From positions 1,290,001 through 1,322,000 of the forward strand of contig NC_017039.1 in the NCBI RefSeq assembly GCF_000284455.1: a DNA stretch of 32,000 nucleotides. Direction: 5' to 3'. This DNA is from Synechocystis sp. PCC 6803 substr. PCC-P. Its GTDB lineage: Bacteria > Cyanobacteriota > Cyanobacteriia > Cyanobacteriales > Microcystaceae. The notes under the pieces are model-generated. The model saw only the letters and a list, made by a program, of their open reading frames with translations, was not told the origin of the DNA and made no database searches. The position numbers and the translations under genes were made by a program. Position 1 is the stretch's first letter. Every line of letters begins with the position of its first letter. Of this stretch, positions 1-8,191 are shown one piece after another.

Positions 1-29
1 AGGTACTGGATGAAGATTGGTTGCCCTAG
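1..29 (+). CDS. 3' end of a DUF29-family gene (partial, continues upstream of the window)
   Basis: Reading frame 3 gives ..VLDEDWLP followed by TAG, the same C-terminus as ORF 703..1164. Nt 1-151 are near-identical to 1136-1286 (offset 1135). Confidence 0.6.
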
Positions 30-151
30 GCGCACCGCGTAGCGGATCTCTGCGAGATCGCCAGATAATTCATTTCGATTTATAGATGGTACTACCATTG
101 ATTGGGTAGAAGCTAGAATAAAATTTACAACTAATTAACGAGGTCAACACT

Positions 152-628
152 ATGGTTGCTGAACTCCGCAAAACAAATCAAAATCTTTATGAGACAGATT
201 ACAATCTTTGGGTTTTAGAAACTGTTGTCAAACTAAAAAATAAAGATTTAGATAATCTGGATTGGGAGAATTTAATTGAGGAGGTAGAGGATTTGAGTCG
301 GCGGGATAAAAAAAAGCTCAAAAGTCTTTTGAGGTTATTATTTGAACATTTATTAAAATTGTCCTATTGGAAAAGTGAGGAGCAGAACAATCGTAATCAT
401 TGGGAGGCCGAGATTATTAATTTTCGTCAATTGATTGAGGATGAATTAGCAGATAGTCCTAGTCTCAAAGTTTATTTGCAAGAAATTTGGCAAGAATGTT
501 ACCAGTATGGGCGCAAGATCGCGGCTAAGCGTTCTCAACTTCCCCTCAGTACATTTCCAGAGGAACCCATTGCTACCCTTGAACAAATATTGAATGAAGA
601 TTGGTTGCCCTATGCGATCGCCAGATAA
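152..628 (+). CDS. DUF29 domain protein (copy A)
   Basis: N-terminal LYETDYNLW and central FEHLLKLSYW...NHW motifs are typical of the cyanobacterial DUF29 helical-bundle family. ATG start. The C-terminus is extended (..LPYAIAR) because the TAG of the sister copies is TAT here. Confidence 0.85.
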   Translation: MVAELRKTNQNLYETDYNLWVLETVVKLKNKDLDNLDWENLIEEVEDLSRRDKKKLKSLLRLLFEHLLKLSYWKSEEQNNRNHWEAEIINFRQLIEDELADSPSLKVYLQEIWQECYQYGRKIAAKRSQLPLSTFPEEPIATLEQILNEDWLPYAIAR

Positions 629-702
629 TGAGGCAAATCGTGTGCCCACTCATTGAGTGGAAGCTAAAATAAGATTGACGATTAATCATTTGGGAAAACA
701 GC

Positions 703-1164
703 ATGGTTGCCGAACTCCGCAAAACTAATACAAGTCTTTATGAGACGGATTACAATCTTTGGATTCTAGAAACCGTACAAAAGTTGCAATGCCGAGATTT
801 AGAGAATCTAGACTGGGAATATTTGATTGAGGAGGTATTAAGCTTGAGTCGGCGAGATAGGCACAAACTAGCTAGTTTGCTAACCAGACTATTCGAGCAT
901 TTATTAAAGTTGGGCTATTGGCATTCAGAAAAAGAAAGAAACCGAAACCATTGGAGGCGAGAAATTCGCAATTTTCGTCTTCAAATTGACCGATTGCTAA
1001 GTGACAGCCCAAGCCTAAAACCTTATTTGTCAGAGATTTTTGATAAATGTTACAAAAATGGCATAAGTTTAGCTTCTGATAGTTCGGGCTTATCGATTGA
1101 AAATTTTCCCGAACAACCCATTGCTACCTTTGAACAAGTACTGGATGAAGATTGGTTGCCCTAG
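703..1164 (+). CDS. DUF29 domain protein (copy B)
   Basis: Paralogue of 152..628 and 1287..1751, with the same N- and C-terminal motifs and an ATG start. Confidence 0.85.
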   Translation: MVAELRKTNTSLYETDYNLWILETVQKLQCRDLENLDWEYLIEEVLSLSRRDRHKLASLLTRLFEHLLKLGYWHSEKERNRNHWRREIRNFRLQIDRLLSDSPSLKPYLSEIFDKCYKNGISLASDSSGLSIENFPEQPIATFEQVLDEDWLP

Positions 1165-1286
1165 GCGCACCGCGCAGCGGATCTCTGCGAGATCGCCAGA
1201 TAATTCATTTCGATTTATAGATGGTATTACCATTGATTGGGTAGAAGCTAGAATAAAATTTACAACTAATCAACGAGGTCAACACT

Positions 1287-1751
1287 ATGGTTGCTGAACT
1301 CCACAAAACCAATACAAATCTTTATGAGACAGATTACAATCTTTGGGTTTTAGAAACTGTTGCTAAACTTAAAAATCAAGACTTGGATGCTCTAGATTGG
1401 GAAAATTTAATTGAGGAGGTAGAAGATTTGAGTCGGCGCGATAAACATAAATTACAAAGTCTTCTCAATCATATTTTTGAACATCTCCTTTTGATTGTTT
1501 ACTGGCAAGCAGAATTTATCCGGAATCAAGGGCATTGGGAAAGGAAAATCTTGAATTTCCGCCTACAGCTTCTCCAGGTGTTAGAGGATAATCCGAGTTT
1601 ACGTAACTATGCAAGAGACTATTTAGTGGAGGGGTACAAAAAAGGTAGAAAATTAGCAGCTAAACATTCTCAACTTCCCCTCAGTAAATTTCCAGAGGAG
1701 CCCATTGCTACCCTTGAACAAGTACTGGATGAAGATTGGTTGCCACAGTAG
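1287..1751 (+). CDS. DUF29 domain protein (copy C)
   Basis: Paralogue of copy A. The first ~50 and last ~25 codons are nearly nt-identical to copy A, while the centre is diverged. Confidence 0.85.
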   Translation: MVAELHKTNTNLYETDYNLWVLETVAKLKNQDLDALDWENLIEEVEDLSRRDKHKLQSLLNHIFEHLLLIVYWQAEFIRNQGHWERKILNFRLQLLQVLEDNPSLRNYARDYLVEGYKKGRKLAAKHSQLPLSKFPEEPIATLEQVLDEDWLPQ

Positions 1752-1891
1752 TCTTTAAATGGGGTCGTCATTTGGTCAGTCTTGGAAAGAGACTCTGTTA
1801 AGGTTAAGTTTTTTTGAGGACACGTTTCGCCTAAGTAAATTTGAAGCATGATATTAGAATATATGATTTTACTCGTAATAACTAAAGATTT

Positions 1892-2428
1892 ATGACTCAA
1901 ACTGAGATTATTAAGTTACACATTGGCGGCAAAGAAGTCTCCCCTGAATGGAGGATTGTTGATGTTTTAGATCGTCCAGAGGTTGATTATGTTTGCAATG
2001 CCAGCAATTTATCAATGTTCGAGGACAATTCGGTTGATGTAATATATGCTAGCCATGTCCTTGAACATTTTTATTACAACATCGACGATGAGTTGACCAG
2101 TACATTAAAGGAATGGCACCGAGTGCTTAGGATAGGGGGTAAGTTAATGATTAGTGTCCCAGACTTGAAGACTTTGTGTTGGTTATATCTGCACCCAAAT
2201 TCCCATCCACTGGAACGTCATCACATTATGAGAATGATGTTCGGTGGACAAATGGATGTTTATGATGTCCATAAAGTGGGATTAGATGAAGAAATTTTGG
2301 GGATGTATTTGGAAATGGCGGGATTTGAAAATTATGAAAGGGTTACTGAATTTGATTTATTTCAAGACTGTAGTCTGATTAGGCTTGCAGATACTTACAT
2401 AAGCTTAAATGTTATTGCATTGAAGTAA
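1892..2428 (+). CDS. Small class I SAM-dependent methyltransferase (Methyltransf_11-like)
   Basis: 178 aa. VDVIYASHVLEHF and LRIGGKLMISVPD resemble the post-I/II motifs of type 11 methyltransferases. The gene is AT-rich. Confidence 0.7.
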   Translation: MTQTEIIKLHIGGKEVSPEWRIVDVLDRPEVDYVCNASNLSMFEDNSVDVIYASHVLEHFYYNIDDELTSTLKEWHRVLRIGGKLMISVPDLKTLCWLYLHPNSHPLERHHIMRMMFGGQMDVYDVHKVGLDEEILGMYLEMAGFENYERVTEFDLFQDCSLIRLADTYISLNVIALK

Positions 2429-2469
2429 CTATGATGAGTGTAAAAAACATTAAATAAATTATCAAACAA

Positions 2470-4623
2470 ATGAAAATTGAAAAGCAAGTTAATGATTTAA
2501 GAATAATTGAACTTGAAAAAGAACTGGAAAATAATCCTTTTATCCCTATTTTATATTGGGAGTTAGGATTGAATTATCTTATCTCTGTAGGGGAAGAAAA
2601 AGCGGAAGAAATTTGGTCGCTGGGTTTGTTGCAATGCTTTACATCTTTTGATGAAGGGTTGCTTTCACTAGTTGGCTTTATTGAACAACACATAGAGCTT
2701 AATAAAAATGATAAACAAACAGTGTTGATATTATGGCAACAGATAATCAAGATAGTCCCCAATTACCTGGCAGGACATCTAAATTTACTTGTTGTTGCCT
2801 GTGAGCTTAAGGTATTCTCGGCTGAGAAGCTGGCTTATTTAGGCACAGTTGCGTTAATTAATTCTATTGATTCTGGTTGTATTAGTCAACAAGAAGAAGA
2901 GCTTTTATTAAGGGCCACTCTATCAATTTTAGAGTTTCCCACTGCCCTTTCCCTTGATTTTTTAAGATCTAGTATTCCACTTTTAGTCAATTTGCCTTGG
3001 TGTGATGCTGTTATGGCTTTTGCTAATAGTATGGTTTATGATAAGCAACTTTTTAGTTATGGTGTTGAAATTGCTGAAATCTGCCTTCAATATTCTCCGA
3101 ATAATCTTTTTATTCTTAATGATCTTATCCGATTTTACGGACTACGTAAAGATCAAGATGCTCTATTAAGAACAGCAAGAAATCTATTAAATATTTTCAG
3201 ACAACAAGACTTTGAGCCTGATTTTGGTTTTTATTTATCATCAAGATTATTATCTGCTTTTATGACAGGCAATGATTGGGAACAAGTTCAAAGTATAGCT
3301 TCTATTTTCAAAGATTATTTTATTTTATTACAAAATGAAAAGTCTGTTGTCTTAAATAATTTTTTAAGAGACCGCTTTTGGGGACTGGGGTTTTCTCTAC
3401 TTTACCTATTTGATGAACCTGAATCTAATCGTCGATGCTTAAATTTTAACGCTAGTATTTTTCAGCAAAATTTAACTGAGAATCAAAATAAGACTATTTG
3501 CCAAGAAGAAAATTTGCCTAAGAAAAAACAAGTTTCTCTAAAACGGATTGGTTATATTGCCCATACTCTCAGGCAACATTCAGTGGGATGGCTATGCCGT
3601 TGGTTATTTAAGTATCATGATAGGGAAAAATTTGAAATTTTTGTTTATTTGATCGGACAACCAGAAGATGAGTTAACCGAAAACTGGATTTATCCTAATG
3701 TCAGTAAATACTATCACTTTGGTCGGGATAAAAATGAAATTATTAAGCAAATTAAGCAAGATCAAATTCAAATTTTGGTAGATTTGGATGTGCTGACCCA
3801 TAATATTACGGCCCAGGTGTTGGCCCACAAACCGGCCCCTGTTCAGGTTAGTTGGTTAGGGTCGGATGCATCAGGTTTACCGGCGATTGATTATTTCATT
3901 GTTGATCCCTATGTTGTTCCTGACGATGCCGAGGGCTATTACCGGGAAAAATTATGGCGTTTGCCCCAGACCTATCTGGCAGTGGATGGTTTTGAAATGG
4001 GAACACCAACGTTAAGTCGGGAGCAATTGGGAATTAAGCCCAATACGGTTATTTATCTTTCGGTACAGAATAAGATCAAATCGAACCCCAATATCTTAAA
4101 GTTACAACTACAAATTTTGCAGTCAGTGCCCGATAGTGTGTTTCTGATTAAGGGAGGTGGTGATAATGAGTTAATTCGGGCAATGGTGGAGCAGTTGGCC
4201 AAGGAAATGGGGCTTGATCTTCATCGGATTCGGTTTTTACCCAAGGATGGGGATGAGATGACCCATCGGGCTAACCTGAGCATTGCCGATGTGGTGTTGG
4301 ATACCTACCCCTACAATGGTGCAACGACGACGTTGGAAACGTTATGGATGGAAGTACCGTTAGTAACACGGGTAGGAAAACAGTTTGCGTCCCGCAATAG
4401 TTATACTTTCTTGACTCAGTTAAATATTAGGGAGGGCCTCGCTTGGAATGATCAAGAATATGTTTATTGGGGCACTCGTTTTGGATTAGAGAAGAGTTTG
4501 AGAGAAAAAGTAAAAAATGAGTTGAACTTGGGCAAGTATAAATCTAAACTTTGGAGAGCGAAAGATTTCACTCAGGAGTTAGAACTAGCTTATGAAGGAA
4601 TGTGGAATGGAGATCTAGATTAA
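2470..4623 (+). CDS. GT41-family glycosyltransferase (O-GlcNAc transferase/SPINDLY-like) with a helical, TPR-like N-terminal half
   Basis: The C-terminal ~370 aa carry a string of OGT/SPY catalytic-domain motifs: RIGYIAH, KFEIFVY, ILVDLD, KPAPVQVSWLG, IDYFIVDPYV, YREKLWRLP, NPNILKLQLQILQSVPDSVFLI, RIRFLP, ADVVLDTYPYNGATTTLETLWMEVPLVT and FASRNS. Confidence 0.8.
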   Translation: MKIEKQVNDLRIIELEKELENNPFIPILYWELGLNYLISVGEEKAEEIWSLGLLQCFTSFDEGLLSLVGFIEQHIELNKNDKQTVLILWQQIIKIVPNYLAGHLNLLVVACELKVFSAEKLAYLGTVALINSIDSGCISQQEEELLLRATLSILEFPTALSLDFLRSSIPLLVNLPWCDAVMAFANSMVYDKQLFSYGVEIAEICLQYSPNNLFILNDLIRFYGLRKDQDALLRTARNLLNIFRQQDFEPDFGFYLSSRLLSAFMTGNDWEQVQSIASIFKDYFILLQNEKSVVLNNFLRDRFWGLGFSLLYLFDEPESNRRCLNFNASIFQQNLTENQNKTICQEENLPKKKQVSLKRIGYIAHTLRQHSVGWLCRWLFKYHDREKFEIFVYLIGQPEDELTENWIYPNVSKYYHFGRDKNEIIKQIKQDQIQILVDLDVLTHNITAQVLAHKPAPVQVSWLGSDASGLPAIDYFIVDPYVVPDDAEGYYREKLWRLPQTYLAVDGFEMGTPTLSREQLGIKPNTVIYLSVQNKIKSNPNILKLQLQILQSVPDSVFLIKGGGDNELIRAMVEQLAKEMGLDLHRIRFLPKDGDEMTHRANLSIADVVLDTYPYNGATTTLETLWMEVPLVTRVGKQFASRNSYTFLTQLNIREGLAWNDQEYVYWGTRFGLEKSLREKVKNELNLGKYKSKLWRAKDFTQELELAYEGMWNGDLD

Positions 4624-4639
4624 AATTATCAATCTTTTT

Positions 4640-5452
4640 TTAGTCAAAATCATCGGGAACTTTAACTGATATTTGTCCACCTGGCTCAACAGTTACTTTC
4701 CCGCCAAGTCGCTCTATTTCTTTAACGACTCTTTTAAAGGTCTGAGCATCTTGACTACTGCCCAAAATGCTTAACCAGGCACCAATTTGAGCCTTTCTAC
4801 TATCTGGATTTTTTTCTAAAAATTTGATGCTATCGGTGGTGACATTGATAAAGTTCTGGTTTTCGTCATTTTGGGAATGTCGTGCCCATTCAACAGCTTT
4901 TTTATAAGACTCCTTAGCCGCTTGTGGATCTGCTAAAAACAATAACTCATTAGTTCCTTTCGCTCTCCACACATAGTAAGGTGCTGTACCTGGAGAAAGG
5001 AACTGTTCGGGCATTTTTTCCAGACTCTTGCCAAGCAATTCAACACTAATTTTAGGATAACCAGCAAAAATAGAAGTGCTAGTTTCGAGTCTTAGGAGAG
5101 CGTTAACAAACAAAGGATCTTTCTCGGATACTAATTTGAAGTATTCTGGGCTTAACCCATAACCAACTAAATCTCTGGCATCACTGTCACCAAAATATTG
5201 TATGAATTGCAAATAAAGCCAATCAGCAACAAGATTATCAAATCCAAGGGCTGGTATTTTGCCTAGTATTTCTATATCTATTTTTTCATCTGCTTCAAGG
5301 GTTTTGTAATCTTCTTCAGTCAAAGACTGCCCTGGAGCTTGAAGAGCGGGTCGCTGTAGAGTAATCAACCCAATTAGACTGGCAAATGCTAAACAGGGAG
5401 AAAATAAATTTTGAAAAACAAATCGAGCGTGTAAATTCAGCTTAAATACCAT
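4640..5452 (-). CDS. Conserved hypothetical protein with an N-terminal hydrophobic segment, third gene of the pilA1-pilA2 operon
   Basis: 270 aa. The ATG lies 1 nt after the pilA2 stop (TGAtATG), implying co-translation. I recognise no catalytic motif. Confidence 0.7.
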   Translation of the reverse strand: MVFKLNLHARFVFQNLFSPCLAFASLIGLITLQRPALQAPGQSLTEEDYKTLEADEKIDIEILGKIPALGFDNLVADWLYLQFIQYFGDSDARDLVGYGLSPEYFKLVSEKDPLFVNALLRLETSTSIFAGYPKISVELLGKSLEKMPEQFLSPGTAPYYVWRAKGTNELLFLADPQAAKESYKKAVEWARHSQNDENQNFINVTTDSIKFLEKNPDSRKAQIGAWLSILGSSQDAQTFKRVVKEIERLGGKVTVEPGGQISVKVPDDFD

Positions 5453-5453
5453 A

Positions 5454-5966
5454 TCAAAAAAGCTTAATACCGTTTACACAGTCCCCAGATGAGTTATTTG
5501 GTGCCTCTGTGCTGTTTGTCTCGGCTGGAACAGGACTTTGACACAATACTACTCTATAAGTTTGGTTCTCATAGTACACTCCCATTGCAAAATTACGGGC
5601 ATTTTGCTGAACACCATTAGTTGCTGTAGCACTACTTTTGGCTACATCAGTTCCAATTAATTGAGGCTCTGAAATATCATAATAATTGCTCTGAAAACTA
5701 ATTTCTAAAGCTTGGTTGCTCTCAGCGAAAGAGGCTTTTTCAAAAAAATAGGACTGCTGGGCTTGACCAATCGCACTCAGTATCTGCTTGGCCTCAGCTT
5801 CCCTCGCTTTACCTATCTGGGAGAAAAGATTCGGCAACGTCATTGCTCCCAACACTCCCAAAATAATAACCACAACAAGCAGTTCCAGCAAAGTAAATCC
5901 TCTTTGTCGGGTACCATTGAAATGCCGACAGTTAGATGAACTACCGATAGAAAATTGGGCTTTCAT
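5454..5966 (-). CDS. pilA2: Type IV pilin-like protein PilA2
   Basis: Class III prepilin signal ..RQRG/FTLLELLVVVIILGVL, with G-1, F+1 and E+5. 170 aa, directly downstream of pilA1. Confidence 0.9.
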   Translation of the reverse strand: MKAQFSIGSSSNCRHFNGTRQRGFTLLELLVVVIILGVLGAMTLPNLFSQIGKAREAEAKQILSAIGQAQQSYFFEKASFAESNQALEISFQSNYYDISEPQLIGTDVAKSSATATNGVQQNARNFAMGVYYENQTYRVVLCQSPVPAETNSTEAPNNSSGDCVNGIKLF

Positions 5967-5991
5967 AACAATAGTGTGAAAATATTAACCC

Positions 5992-6048
5992 AAAAAAAAG
6001 AGGGTGCAGTAGGTAAGATAAGACCAGCTCATCATTCCCGCACCACTC
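5992..6048 (-). terminator. Putative intrinsic terminator or attenuator after pilA1
   Basis: On the minus strand, GAGTGGTGC ... GCACCCTC forms an 8-bp stem with one bulged T and a loop of about 30 nt. It is followed directly by T8 and begins 17 nt after the pilA1 stop. Confidence 0.5.
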
Positions 6049-6064
6049 AAAACATAATAGGGTC

Positions 6065-6571
6065 CTATTTAATTACTTCAGCACCACCACAATCATTAGC
6101 CCCTCCTGGGGTTGGGGGAGTATCTTCACTACCTGCTTCAGCCCGACAAACAACAGTACTGAAGGCGCGGGTGCCTGAATCGTAAAACGTTCCACCTGAC
6201 ATGGAGCGGGTGCCGTCAGCCTCCCAATTCAATGCCGTTGCGTCTTGGATAGCTTCTGTGTTGTCAGCAGTGTTAACTGCAAAACTAAAGAAATTACCAT
6301 CAGGAGCTGGGACTTCAAGCGTTTCCGTATCGGTTGCAAACGTACCCTTCTCAGTAAAATAACCTTGTTGGGCACGGTTCAAAGCACCGATAGTGGATTT
6401 AGCTTCGGACTCCCGTGCTTTACCAACTTGACCCAAGAGGTTAGGCAGAGCAATAGCAGCCAATACACCGATAATAATTACAACAACCAGCAGTTCGATT
6501 AAGGTGAAACCACCTTCTGCCCGTTTTTTGGAGAGTTGAGAGAGGAGTTTGAATTTAAAATTACTAGCCAT
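6065..6571 (-). CDS. pilA1: Major type IV pilin PilA1
   Basis: MASNFKFKLLSQLSKKRAEGG/FTLIELLVVVIIIGVLAAIALPNL is a canonical prepilin leader plus hydrophobic N-terminal helix. 168 aa, C-terminal residue Lys. A GGAAGAAG Shine-Dalgarno-like run lies just upstream of the ATG. Confidence 0.95.
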   Translation of the reverse strand: MASNFKFKLLSQLSKKRAEGGFTLIELLVVVIIIGVLAAIALPNLLGQVGKARESEAKSTIGALNRAQQGYFTEKGTFATDTETLEVPAPDGNFFSFAVNTADNTEAIQDATALNWEADGTRSMSGGTFYDSGTRAFSTVVCRAEAGSEDTPPTPGGANDCGGAEVIK

Positions 6572-6634
6572 GATTGTCTTCTTCCTTCTGTAGGGGAAAT
6601 TTAAATAACTGGTCGGAACCCTTCTAGCTGTAAC

Positions 6635-6659
6635 TTACCCATCGCCCCTCATTTGCCTA
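6635..6659 (-). promoter_or_regulatory. SigF-type pilA1 promoter (TAGGC-N15-GGTAA)
   Basis: The minus strand reads TAGGCaaatgaggggcgatgGGTAAg. GGTAA ends about 10 nt upstream of position -54 relative to the pilA1 ATG. This matches my recollection of the published SigF-dependent pilA1 promoter, with a -32 TAGGC, a -12 GGTAA and a TSS at -54. Confidence 0.55.
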
Positions 6660-6714
6660 TCACCCTGCTCAAAAAATTTTGTTGTATGGACTGGCCAGCA
6701 TTTTCAACCTATGC

Positions 6715-8037
6715 TCACCGTTCTTCTAGCATTAATAACCCCAGTTCCTCATACATCACCAATGCTCCCCCCAATGCGGATTCTTCCCGCTGGGAATCAT
6801 TCGGCCCCAGAGTGACCGCATCCACCGGAGAAACCTGCAACCAGCGTTCCAAAAGGAAAGACAACGGCTTGGCCCCATCCCACAAAGATAGGAACATTGC
6901 AATGGCTGAACGGCGATCAGACCAGATACTTTCCTGCAAAAAAGGGAAAAAACGACGTAGATCCATCGGTGCCACAACTCCCGGTATGGTTAGTTGCTCG
7001 TGGAATGACTCTGATTTCAAACAAGGATGGAAATGCACCCAAAGCCTTTCACTAGCAACCTCTGACCAATCTAGAATAGGCAAAGCAGATTCTGGTTGGG
7101 GATGCCCACACCAAAAATCTAACAATCGCTTATTGGGCTGAATCAGTTCGTAAAAACAAAGCTCTTCTTCTAGGTCAGCATTTTCTAGTCCCATGGCCAA
7201 GTAAGCAGGAAGGTTATCTGGTTCCTTAAATAACTGCCGCCAATCCCAATCTTGCCAGTCCACCATGCTGATTAGCTCCAAACTAGATTGGGTGAGGCAT
7301 TTTAACAACTGGGGCATAGTAAAGCCCTTGTCGTTTTGTAGTAAATGGTTGCTTAACAAGCGGTGATTATCGTTCTTATCAAAGTTATTGCCCCAAGCCC
7401 TTACCTTTAAGTCCACATTGTCCCGTAGGGCTGTAAAAAAATCTCTGACAATACCAAGCTCCATTTCCTCTGGATTATCATCCATCAACCCCATATTCCC
7501 GAACAACTCCTGACAACGATAGTAGGGTAAACGTTGATAATAGCTGTGGAGATTACCCCGAATAATGCCATCAGGCTTTAGGATTGCCCTTAACTGTTGC
7601 AGGGCCAAGGTTAAGTCCGGGAGTAAATATAAAATATCGCTAGCACTAATGTAGTCAAATTTTTGTCCCAACTGATCTAAATCTTCCAGAGCAAGCACAT
7701 GGAACTCAGAATTGTCGATTTTGTGATATTGCAAACGCTCCTCAGCAATCTTAATGGACTCTGGGGAAATGTCGATGCCCACCACCTTCGCCCCCGGATT
7801 GGCCAACGCCATCGTTAACGTTGTTGCACCTGTGCCACAGGCCACATCTAGCATCACCCGGTTTTCCAGATCAGTGATCACCTTACCATCCCGTCGATAG
7901 CGAGCCGTGACCAAACTGCCCTCGTAAAGCAATTTCACATTGTCTTTTGGAGATTCCTCGATGGGAATATTGGGATAGGGATGACTCTCGAATTGCTTTA
8001 GGGACTTTTCCAAATAATCTCGCTTCATCTCAGCCAT
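6715..8037 (-). CDS. Class I SAM-dependent methyltransferase with a long uncharacterised C-terminal region
   Basis: 440 aa. Motif I is VMLDVACGTGATTLTMA, followed by VVGIDISPESI and DYISASDILYLL. It lies immediately upstream of pilA1 in the same orientation. Confidence 0.8.
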   Translation of the reverse strand: MAEMKRDYLEKSLKQFESHPYPNIPIEESPKDNVKLLYEGSLVTARYRRDGKVITDLENRVMLDVACGTGATTLTMALANPGAKVVGIDISPESIKIAEERLQYHKIDNSEFHVLALEDLDQLGQKFDYISASDILYLLPDLTLALQQLRAILKPDGIIRGNLHSYYQRLPYYRCQELFGNMGLMDDNPEEMELGIVRDFFTALRDNVDLKVRAWGNNFDKNDNHRLLSNHLLQNDKGFTMPQLLKCLTQSSLELISMVDWQDWDWRQLFKEPDNLPAYLAMGLENADLEEELCFYELIQPNKRLLDFWCGHPQPESALPILDWSEVASERLWVHFHPCLKSESFHEQLTIPGVVAPMDLRRFFPFLQESIWSDRRSAIAMFLSLWDGAKPLSFLLERWLQVSPVDAVTLGPNDSQREESALGGALVMYEELGLLMLEER

Positions 8038-8191
8038 CGGGTCACTCCTTTTATTACCTAAGCCATCATCATTAATAAGCCTTTCCTCAGACTACCCAAA
8101 TTTGGTATCTGGTTCTCCCTTTTGATCGCCTAATTCCACAGCTTCAACAAAACTACAATGGAAAAGCCCCCTCTTTTACTGCCAGAAGTCC

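Larger units (their letters stand above)
1..1751 (+). repeat. Tandem array of DUF29 gene-plus-leader units (at least 3 full units and 1 partial)
   Basis: ATG-to-ATG spacing is 551 and 584 nt. Intergenic 30-151 matches 1165-1286 with only a few mismatches by eye. The shorter leader 629-702 is a diverged version of the same sequence. ORFs 152 and 1287 are near-identical for about 150 nt at the 5' end and about 70 nt at the 3' end. Confidence 0.8.

Noticed and set aside
1097-1297. 66-aa ORF spanning the DUF29 B-C intergenic leader (a truncated twin would exist at 1-151).
   Set aside because: It overlaps the 3' end of copy B and the ATG of copy C out of frame. Its conservation between the two repeat copies is explained by the recent DNA duplication.
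6653-7141. 162-aa plus-strand ORF and 73-aa minus-strand ORF overlapping the 440-aa methyltransferase gene.
   Set aside because: Their Ser/Arg-rich composition is non-protein-like, and they sit inside a gene with clear SAM-binding motifs.
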